DNA of 64,000 nt from Lingula anatina. Its lineage: Eukaryota; Animalia; Brachiopoda. Position numbers and translations under genes: made by a program. This document shows, piece after piece, positions 50,492-64,000 of this stretch. The DNA is taken from positions 5,828,001 through 5,892,000 of the forward strand of contig CM120645.1 in assembly GCA_051362555.1 (NCBI GenBank). The letters are read 5' to 3'. How positions within the stretch are numbered: position 1 is the first letter of the stretch; each line of letters opens with the position of its first letter. Below the pieces are notes generated by a model. It was given only the letters and a program-made list of their open reading frames with translations. It was not told where the DNA came from and searched no databases.

Positions 50492-51028
50492 GTAAGTTAT
50501 CTTTGGGATTTGACAATCAAAGGAGATTTAGATCATTATAATGTGTAGGTGTATTTCCCCAAATTTAGTTGTTTAACGGTTTTATCAAACCCTTTACTAA
50601 TTTCCCTGCCGAACAGTATAGAATCGCGGCAGTATATCTCTGACACAGAAAAAGACTCAAGAGTCAAGCCTTCAAGACAAGAGTGTTTTGCCTGTTGTGT
50701 TTTTAATAATCACATGTCATTGGATTTGCTTCAGTTAAAAATACCATCGAATGCGAACGACAAAGTGCAGCCTTATCCTGCGGCAAACTTAAACAGTGAC
50801 AACAATGAATGACCAGGAAATGGTGTAGCCTTTGTGCATTGTTTTTATTTTAGTATCTGAAGTGATTAAATAATTTTTTCTTTATGTAACGTTATATATT
50901 ACATTACACTTACAGGTTAGGCCACTGATGAGGCTGATTTTGTGATGTTAACATGACTCTGATTGACCTGAACTGGTGCATTCACTGATTCGTTCTCCTG
51001 AAGCAACAAGTACTTGCAAAGAGACACC

Positions 51029-52928
51029 ATGGGGACCAAGTGGAGAGAAGGAGTGGGGACAGTACCCTCGGACCTGGGCTTCTGTCTTAATCGCCTCTTT
51101 GACCCTTTAAACTATGACCATACTACCGTGGAGGAATTTCTCAAAGGTTACAAAGAAAGGGACCTGAAAAAAGCAAAATTATACAAAATAGCATCAAATA
51201 TGTTTGGTGTGCCACCTGGAGCTCGGAAAAGAAGAATTTTAGCTCCGCCTATGGAAAAGGCCCCAGTGGTCAACCGAAAAATTGAATCTGCACCAGAACT
51301 CTCTCTGCCAGAGAAGACAAAAACTAAAGATAAAGGCACAAAAGATTCAGAGGAAGCAGAAATAGAATATGCCATGCCAGAGCTTGCCAAGTATAAAAAG
51401 TGGTTTAAAGAAAGAAAGGAATTTAGAATCACTTTAGAATCCATGGGTTTGAATGAAGAATGGCTGCTTAACAAACCTGACAAGACTCCTTTAGAGTACA
51501 GGATGCTCCAGAGATTTATAGATGCTAGGACACCAAAGCCGCCTTCTCCTGAGGTTAGTTAGAAACATGGGGATGGGATAAGAAAATACCTACAATAAGT
51601 TTTCTTTTTGATACAGTTGTAACCTTGATGTACAAACTTTTGATATTTTATTAAAAGAATTGAGAAGTTATTAATGCACACTATGTACAAGTAGAATATG
51701 AATCATAAAAAAGGCACCCTGTTAATGCTAAAGGAAAGAAGAAGACACACTTGCAGCAGGTGAGAGGATGTGTCAAAGTGCCCTCCAGAGTAAAAAATTA
51801 GTTTGAAAATTGGCAAGTGTTTTAATCTGGAACTATTTGATTCAAATTTGCCATGCAAAGATTTGTCAGCTCTTTCAATTCCATTTTTCTCATAGTCTTT
51901 TATAAACTGGAAAATTTTAGTCTTTATATACATATATATGTTTTTTTTTCAGCCTGTGATAGAAGTAAATCTAGAGGGCGAACTGCCAGAAAATTTGCCC
52001 TTGGTCCACCGCCCTGCACCTCTGGCTATTAAAGCCATAGATGAGTTTTTACACAAGAAAAATATGAGACTCATTGACTTGTTCAGGAAAGTCGACAAAG
52101 ATAAAAATTGGAAAATATCAACACAGGAATTTAGAAAGATTATAAAAGAGGTAGGTTTAGGAACTGTAATTCTGTATTGAATAATATTAGATCTGCAGCT
52201 GTATGGGACTTGTACAGATGAAGATGAAATATTTATTTATTTATTGACTCCCTCAATTTTTTTTCTCATGAATTGTTTCTTGATATAATATTGATTATAA
52301 TGTTAACCTTATTACAAGCTTTGTCATTTTTTTTCACTTATGGTTAACCCCATTTATTACGCTTTAAAGAGCCATACACTAGTAATCATGTGAAATATAT
52401 ATATATATATCCTCTTAGTCTTGTGTTAGCTTTAGACTTAGTTCCCATAATAGAAAACTATACAGTAATTCCTCATTCATTGTTTAACTTGTTCAATTTC
52501 TTTTCCCCTTTCAGAACCACATCCCCATCTCTGATATCCTGCTGGAGGACTTAATGCTGGCTCTGGACACTGACCTCAATGATGAGCTGGACTACAAGGA
52601 GCTGGCCATGGGGCTTGACCAGTACAAGATAGAGAGGAGAGAGTCACAGAAGAAGATGGGGAGCATAGGTAAGAACTAGAAATAATTGACATGCATATGA
52701 TTGAGGCTTCTTGCTTAACTTTAGAGTTGCTAAGATTTGATTTTAAGAAGTTATTATGTGTTGTCTTATTTGAAGGTGTGTGAAATCTACACATTCAAGA
52801 GAAGATGAAAAGAATCTATTACAACTTAAAAAAATATTGTTCAGTTTCTTGCTCACATTATACTGAACATGGGAATAATTTGATCATTTTTAGTACTAAA
52901 ATTATTGATTATTTTCCTTTTTTATCTT

Positions 52929-52966
<38 letters not shown>

Positions 52967-55900
52967 ACATAGACATGGAATAGTAAAATATCAAAATATT
53001 TTGCATTTCAGATAAAATTTCCACAATCAGTTCAACAACAGTAACCAAGTCCAAAGTGAGTGGGCCCAAGGGTGGGGTGCCAGACGGACCTCCAGAGAGC
53101 ATAAAGGGGGTGCAAATTGGGGGTTCTGAGGGTGCGAGGGGGATCCAAGGAGCTGGTGAAGGGAGTATTAAAGAAGCTGCGGAGAGCACACAGCCTGAGA
53201 TCACTGTCAGCTCACACAAGACACCGCAGCCCCCATCACCCCCTACTAAGACTGGTAAGTGGGAAAGAAGTTGTAATGAAAAATTTCAGATTTTCTGTAG
53301 AATTAATTTGGGAAACAAATCCAAATTCTTGGGATATGAATAAATATAATTAATTACATAAATATAGAAATACAAATAGATAAATAATGGGAATGATTTT
53401 TATTTAAATTCACAACAGTTACTAAATGCAATTCATGCTGTTTGAAATTGAGAGGGAAAGGGATGCTTTTTTTAAAACTAGGACCCATTAATGGGTCATA
53501 GCATGAAACAAGCTAATGAAATTGCCCTGTTGTTTTACATTCAGTGACACTATAATATATTAGTTTAAGTGAAATTAAATAATTACTTCAGGCACTGCTA
53601 GCAGCATGAGTAACCCCAGTGCTAGTGCCCGCCCCAAATCAGAACTGAGCACCATCAGTCAGTCAAGATCTCCGTCCCCGACATCTTCTCTGCACCTGGA
53701 GCCTCCAGAGGCAGACCTGCGGCCAGAGCAAATGATATTGTCTTCAGAGGAAGCCATGTTGGATCTCAGGAAGAGAGACAGGGAGGCGCTGGCAAGAATG
53801 ATGGGGAAGAAGCTGGTAAGGAAGGCTTAGAATTATGTATTTTACCTAAAGTGCTAAGTACAGGTACATATCAGAAAATGCTTATGACAGAGGTAATATG
53901 CTGTTAATGCTCATAATATATAAAATTATTTGGTGCAAGGGTGTGAAATGCACATGTAACTGTAGTGAGTGGTAACAAATTTGTATACTGCAGCTCACTT
54001 GTTTTATGGTTTTACTTGATAATATAAGCATTCACCATTAAGAAAACACTCTCCTTTCCAGCCTAAGACTCCCAGCTTCAAGCAGCAACGGCAGACTACA
54101 GGAAAGGCAGCCCTGATAAAGACTGGCAATAAGGCCATAGACGACCACTGCCGCCCCTCCACCCTGGAGGGTGAGACTGCAGACATGGTGGACAGGTTCA
54201 GGCAACTCAAGGTGAAAGAGTACCATGAGATTCTCAGGGTGTGTCAGAAGAACCATGTGCCACTGGCAGAAAGCTTATTAGAAAGGGGTAGGTGTGAAAG
54301 TTTTGAGATTTGCACAACATACAAATACTAGTAGCAGTATGCACAATCAGAATGAAATGGAGGATTTTACATCTTCAAAACTTTGATTTTTAATTAAAAC
54401 TGTTACTAAATTCAAATAACAATATCCATTTTTTTATTCCAGTTCTCTTCCATCCACCTGACAAGCCACATTCCCTCTTGAAGAAGAAAATCCGCCAGCC
54501 AGGTGTGGATCTGCTGGTTTCTTCCCACTATGCAGACCCTCCCAAGAAACCAAAGACTCCCATGCAGATCAAGCACAAGGACAAGATGATACTGTCAAAG
54601 ACAGGCCAGCTCCTGATAGACAGCAGACACATGTACCCACAGCATGAAAAGGTGGCGCCAGCGGGCCACAAGATCAACCTGTCCACAGGGAGGGCAGTGG
54701 TCAGGCGGAGAGTGGACTGCTGGATGTCATTTGAGGAGTATGACAGGTTGACAAGGTGAGTTAACAGTCCATGATAACTTTTTCTGAGGCCATACTGTGG
54801 TATTCCATGATCAGGGTGCTGGGTAATGGCCAAAAGAGTTGCTGGTTTTGTTATTTTGAAATATGACCAGGAGAGTTGTTAGTTGATGCTGCTTACGTGT
54901 AGTTGTGTAATGTCCCAAATTGCATTTCTGGTTTTGCTTGATGCTTCTTTTTTTCACTCTTCATGGTCGCTGTCAGCGTCAGCAGTGGTAGTTTATTTGC
55001 CTCTTGATTCTTTCTGCCAGCATTCCTGTTGTAGTCTGGACATCAAATCCAGCACACCTCTAGTATTTTACTGTCTGCATTGGATACATCCGGGTACTAG
55101 AGGCTCATTGGGAAATAAACCCAAGAAGTCATCTACAAAAACTAAAGTCCTTCAGTCTAGCTTTATCCTCAAGCTAAGTCTACCTGGAGAACATTCTAAT
55201 GGGACTGTCTCATTTTTATTTCACATTCCATAATTTCGCATTCCACATCTTATTAGGATTGAACACACAAAAAAATGAGAGACTTTTTTCAGTTTAGTGC
55301 AACTGAAAGTAGTATTGATACATACAAACTTTTACAAGATTGATATAAAGTTCTACAAGATGTTTAACTATTTAAAGCAATAAACACCAAGTAAAAAACG
55401 CGTCACCTTGTGTACCTTCTCAATACAAAGTAAACCAAATCACACAAATCAATGCAATGTAAATCCTCTTGGAAACACTACAATTTTTTTCTATGTTGTT
55501 AACAATGCACATACTCAGATACTTACAGCAGTGCCATCCTCTAAATTTACCAATGACTTGAATTAAATCAGCTTGAAAAACATGAAAAAAGACAAGTGCA
55601 TTGGGTTATTTTTCCCTTCTTTTCTTCCCACTGTGCATTGCATGCTCACAAGACTGCTCTTTACCCATCTTTGAGTAGTAGCCATTAAGAAATTCATCAC
55701 TAAATAGAGGTCATCACAATTTGAATGCAAAATAACAAAATATAGGTCTTTCCCAGAACTCACATTTCTAAGAAAACTACTGATGCAACTTCTTGGAATA
55801 AGCACTTACCCTGCAGCTCCGGTGGTGGTTTATTTACAGTTCATTTTCCAACACTTAGGTACTGTTGGTAAAGGCATTGGGATCTCTTTGTGGGTGAAAT

Positions 55901-56461
55901 ATAGACAACAAACATTTTTACACTGTGGACAAAATATGATAACATTTTGCCCAGGCATCAGTAGTGAATATGCCTTCTGAACGGATTTCCCCTTTGTTTA
56001 TGAATTCTACATTAATGTTCTTTTCTTCTCATTTACAGGCAGGTGCTTTTAAATTATATAAAGCAAATGGCAGTAAATATCTGTCTTTAAAATCTGTAAC
56101 TATTGTTTTTAAGTATAATGCAAACCAGCCCAAAGAAGTATGAATTCATGCAATTAAATGTATAATACTTCCTATTTTCAGTAAATTTGCTGTGCGCTAC
56201 AAGCAGCTCCATGGCAACATTGATGACAATGCCTTTTGGCCTGGTCATCTTCTGGACAAGATACGCCTCTGCATGCCACCTTACGACAACCCACAGCACG
56301 AGCCAGGGGCACGCAGCATGTTCAGAAACACAACGACAGGTGAACTGCGTACTAATCATGGTTACGACAATGACTTGAACTTATGGCCAGTTAATGACAG
56401 TGGCTGCGTTCAGATGGGCATGTACGACCCATATAAAAATAAACCTTTGTGGAACGTATGA
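51029..56461 (+). CDS. EFCAB12: EF-hand calcium-binding domain-containing protein 12-like, ~720 aa, 8 coding exons
   Basis: Exons 51029-51553, 51953-52150, 52515-52668, 53012-53254, 53592-53815, 54062-54287, 54443-54755, 56182-56461 (2163 nt, in frame). EF-hand loops DKDKNWKISTQEF and DTDLNDELDYKEL. The motifs DHCRPSTL, IRQPG and FWPGHLLDK match what I recall of vertebrate EFCAB12. A probable 5' UTR exon ends at 50491. Confidence 0.85.
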
Positions 56462-57990
56462 ATGTGATACTTTCATTAAAATGTTAACTGTGGTGGCAGC
56501 ATTGGAATTGCTAGTAACATGTTGTGGTAGGGTTCAATAGTGGAAGCTATCCAAAAAGTATCTGTCAGTAGTTATACTAAAATGTAAATTAAAACATTTG
56601 TCTTATTAAAAGTGTCTGGTACAAGCTTTTTTTTTTTTTTTTTACAAAAACACAGTTTAATAGTCCAATATAAACTGCCCTTTGGCTCACTGGTCAACTT
56701 TGAAATGGCCCGTCTTTGGGGCTTGTGTATTATTATATGGGCAACAATCATCATGACAAACTTGAAAGTGTAATTATAGATAATTATTGGTACTCTGATA
56801 TTTAAAGCACAACATCTGATGAGGATTTGTGTGACAAGAAGAAAGTTTATACAAATGTGAAACACAAAGAAAAATTTACAGATTATGCATACTCCAGTTA
56901 TGCTGGGAAGTCTATTGGTGATTGTATCACTGAAAGTCATCATGCAATGCTATGTCTAACATGATATTGTTGTGTGCGGAGACCAATCACGTGATTATAA
57001 CAATTACTTGTAGTTAAATGCTGATATGATTATTGAATCTGTGAGGTCAATCAGGTACAAAAAAAGTGTCTAATGATATTTTTTTATTTGATGTATTTCA
57101 AGGTTACAACCATAATAGTATATATTATAATTGTTGCTTTTTAAAACAGGAGCAGGGCTCCATTGAAAACCACTGACAGTAGTTTATGAATGAAAGAAGT
57201 GCCTTCAGTATTATTTTTATAATAAATACCATAAATTATTGATATTAACATGTTGTCATGTGTTGTTGATATTTTTAATTGAGACTGAACTATGTGTCTT
57301 TATATTATTTTAATCCAAAAAGTATAAACCTAACAATCCGATGTGTGCAAATGGTTTATTCTAAAGATTATGAAAGTAAAAAATAATGCCAGGAAAATAT
57401 TTACAAATTCTGTATTTGTAATTATAATTTCCTTACCATTCAACCTGAAATATTATTTTATCAATAGATTTATCTTTCTGTGTCAAATTAATGAAAACAT
57501 TTTCAGCAAACAAGACAAAAATAATAAAAAGAATGAACTCGTTTTAACCAGTTTAAGCAATATAATTATCATATAACCCACATCATGACAAGGTATTTCA
57601 TAGATCCAAAAATTTACTTCATGTGCATCCAGTTGAAATTCTATTTGATGCAGCACATTGACATATAGACTCTTTAACTGTACATGATAACAAATATCAT
57701 GTAACTAACATAAAAAGAGGCTATACCAACGTGTATCCTTTTGTCCATAACACAACTATCCAGCACACGGTTTACCTGTGCAAAAATTCAACTCAAACCA
57801 AAAGAAGCATGCTTGCTGATATTGCACTTCAGATATTCCAAAGGCCAGGATGCCTTGGTACTTCAGTGTTCACCGCCATGCCAATGATGCAGAGATATCA
57901 GCAATTATTACACAGTTCCTTGCAGCTTGCACCCATGGATAAAACTTTATTGTCCATATTAAGTCTAAGAGTGGTTACTGTTGATAACAT

Positions 57991-60878
<2,888 letters not shown>

Positions 60879-61114
60879 GATTTTTGTTTCTCCGATCACG
60901 CCGGGAGTCGATTGTAGGTACTCAGTTTCACGACATTAAGTGCGACATTAATTGAAACTATTTTACACGATATATGTAAAATGTATTCACTATTAATGAA
61001 ATAATTTAGTCTATTTATCGTGTCATATAATGACACGTTGTCATTTTATTCGATAACTCTGCAGAATCAAATCAGTGACCTTTTCCTCGTTACCACTTTA
61101 CGGTAGTTACCAAA
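60879..61114. promoter_or_regulatory. Very short bidirectional promoter (NAA10 / ZBTB-like)
   Basis: Only 236 bp separate the two divergent start codons. A YY1 consensus CAAAATGGCGG overlaps the ZBTB ATG. Confidence 0.65.
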
Positions 61115-61805
61115 ATGGCGGAAGAAGCGGTGACTGAGGTAAGTCCCCAAAAAACCAACCTGTCTTCCTCAATGCATGTACTATTTGGTGGATCACCTAT
61201 GTGTGATTTTTTTATTTGGTTAATTTATGTTACTAGGCCATTTTTTGATTGTGTTGTCTGCAGTGAAAGGTGGAAATTTCCATTACTTATCAGAGCAAAC
61301 AAGCGTGTGCTTCAAGTTCAGCTTCGGGAAATCTCTGATATTTTTGTGTGTAACGACTCACGTCAGAATTTTCGCCGACAAGTGACTGTTATAAGAAAAA
61401 ATATGCACCAAGAATTTTTTAACTAACTTTGCTGTAAACTTTACCTTTGAAATGCGATCTTTGGCGATGGGCTGTTTACATTGTACAGCGGATGTATCAC
61501 TTTCAGATCATTTACTAGTAGGTCCCAACGTCCCCAGTATGAATTTTCCGAACTATTGTATCTATAGGATGTATCTGTGGCGGAATTAATGGTTTTGACA
61601 AAACTTGCACTGTGCTTAATTGGTACAGTGCAAGCAGCTGACTTGATTGACGATATACTGTAGAACTGCTTTTATTTCATTTATGTATTTTTTAATGAAC
61701 AAATTTATGAGTGTCATTCAGTCACAGGGAAAATTTTGCCAATTAAAAGTAATTTGATTTGGATGGAGCTGATAAGAAAGTCTTTTCAATAATTTTTTTC
61801 ACTAT

Positions 61806-61840
<35 letters not shown>

Positions 61841-63980
61841 TAAGAAATTGGATAAATGTAGGTGGAATAAAATTTTGAGGAGGGCCCCAGATCTTTACCA
61901 ATGTGTTGTGTATGTAACTATTAAGAAATTAATTGTAATTTTTTTAGGGAACTTCCATTCTTGTAGACTTACTAGTAATCATGTTGTTTATGCCTTTGTC
62001 TTGTTGGTAATACTAGTATATTGATTCTAACATTGGCAGTGATAAAAATTGTACTTAAAATGTGACACTGACATAAAATTTCCACTACTTATTTTTATAC
62101 AGTTTGCCGAAATGGCTGTGGAAATGCAACCAGTTGGCATAATAAGTGCTACATCAGCATCAGTCACAGTGCCAGCACACTTTGTGGACCAGGTACCTCT
62201 TTTTAATTTAGTCTCATATTCATCAAAGAATTATAACTTTTTTAAATTAATTCATAGTTTTAATCAGTGCACGACAAATAGGGATTTTTTTCCCTAACAA
62301 ATAAAGGATGTTTATCCTTTTATTTAAGTTAGTGGGAATTTCTGTGCTTGATAACTTTACATGTGTTGTATTTTTCTGTATATTTTATTCTTTTCATGCC
62401 ACAGGTGTCTACACTAGATGTAAATCAACTAGCAGCCCAGGAACTGGCTCAGCTTGCCTCGACACCTATTGGCAATAATGTAAACCAGGTGGCCAGCCAG
62501 GTGCAGGTGGCAAGTGAAGTTACCTCTGAACAGGTAAACTTTCAAGGGGTTTACCTGTATGTTTAAGAGAAAATTCTTGTATTGCCTGTATATATTGACT
62601 CTCCTGTAACAGTTGAACACTTATAACCCCATCTACTTTTTTCTTTACTTTGAAATACATTTATTTTTTCAAAACAATTTTGAGCATATTTAGAGATATA
62701 CCACAATCTCTAAATATGTAACCTATGCATACAATTAATGTACCTAATTTTATAGCTAAAATATTACTTTACAGATATATTGATAACACTGTCCTCTTGG
62801 AAAATAAATGACATCTGTTGTTTTCCATTTTAAGCCACCTCCACAGCCGTCCCAGTCCGGAGGGTATCCCATCTATCTCTATCGCTTATCGGAACATGCA
62901 GCAACGCTACTGAAGAGCCTAGACAACATGCGCAATGATCCAGACTCATGCGATGCCAAAATCACGTGCAGAGATGGTCCACCTATGTTTTCACACCAGT
63001 ATCTCCTGATTGCCTGCAGTCCGTATTTCAAACGGCGTTTTCGATCTGGTGGTGAAATCAACATAGATCTTCCAAGTCAACCAGTGAAGCGTATCTTAGA
63101 TTTCATATACACCGGTGAGATTAGTATCAAGTCTGAGGACGTGTTTCCCCTCCTTAAAGCTGCTGAGACATTGATGATTCAGAGCCTAATGGATATCTGT
63201 GTGGACTACATGAAAACTCACAACATTGGTCTTAAGCCTTCAGCAGATGGAGTGACACCTAATCTTGAAGAAGGTTGGAATTTAGACTTGTGCAAAGACG
63301 AGGGGAGTTCTGATAAGCCATTGACATTGAGACAGCAGGAGTCGGCTGAGGCAGAGGAGTACAGTGACGAAGAATATGAATATGATGCGGTCAGTGGTAA
63401 GAGGAAAAGACGAAGGTCAAGTAACCCATACCCATGGGCATGCCCACACTGTAAATTCCGCACACTTTCAAAGAAACGCCTGGAAGAACATGTTGCAAAC
63501 CATTCAGCAGACTTTGCATACAAATGCGCTCTTTGTACTTTCACAGCTAAAAGCAATCAGAGTTTAGTGAAACACATCAGCAGTGGGCACACCACTGAGG
63601 AGTTGAAAAATCTCCCCCAAAATGCTGACTACAGTTGGATGTACCCTCCAGAGCAGCTAGATACCTCGAAAAAGGCTTCAATAAAGGCCAAGTCCACCAA
63701 GGCCCTGTTGGCCATGAACTCTGGAGTGGAGGAGGAGGAGCAGTTCGTTATCAGGATAGAGGCAGCACCCCCTGCTCCTGTCGAATCTCTCGACCACCCA
63801 CAGCAGCAACAACAGGAGGGGGAGGGGGAAAACCAGGACCAGGAGACACTGAAACAGGCGCACATGCTGATGTCAGCAGGGCAGGGGGAGGGGGACAATG
63901 GACATGTTTTACTGGCCACAGAGAACTGTGACTCTGGAGCAAATGGGAATACGAGTCTAGAGGCCGTATCAGAAGGGTGA
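61115..63980 (+). CDS. BTB/POZ plus C2H2 zinc-finger protein (ZBTB-like); may continue beyond the window
   Basis: Exons 61115-61138, 62103-62192, 62405-62533, 62835-~63980. The BTB domain reads HAATLLKSLDNMR...CDAKI...HQYLLIACSPYF...ILDFIYTGEI...LLKAAETLMIQSL. Two C2H2 fingers follow (CPHC...HVANH; CALC...HISSGH), plus a basic NLS-like KRKRRR. The end is either the TGA at 63978-63980 or a weak donor at that point. Confidence 0.85.
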
Positions 63981-64000
63981 TATTGGATTTGAATAGGAGA

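Overview
AT-rich, intron-containing eukaryotic DNA from an invertebrate. A lophotrochozoan such as a mollusc is plausible from the repeat types, but this is inference only. I assembled six spliced genes by hand from GT-AG boundaries, and they form three head-to-head pairs. (1) A ~792-aa protein with a C-terminal MYND zinc finger (-) paired with a PPM1H-like PP2C phosphatase (+). (2) A 49-aa Cys/His-rich microprotein ending in a CaaX box (-), absent from the ORF track, paired with an EFCAB12-like gene (+). (3) NAA10 (-) paired with a BTB/C2H2 zinc-finger gene (+). Introns and the left 13 kb hold a 5'-truncated LINE, two Helentron/HINE-like elements carrying a 146-bp satellite rich in DR1 motifs, a nested IS3EU-like element and several MITE families. 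The main leads are the CaaX microprotein with a possible splice switch for prenylation, an intron made almost entirely of 17 tandem copies of its own 3' splice site, the Helentron-borne DR1 arrays, and a perfect 43-bp hairpin with a template-switch signature. All gene models and names come from manual reading and recalled family motifs, not from database searches.
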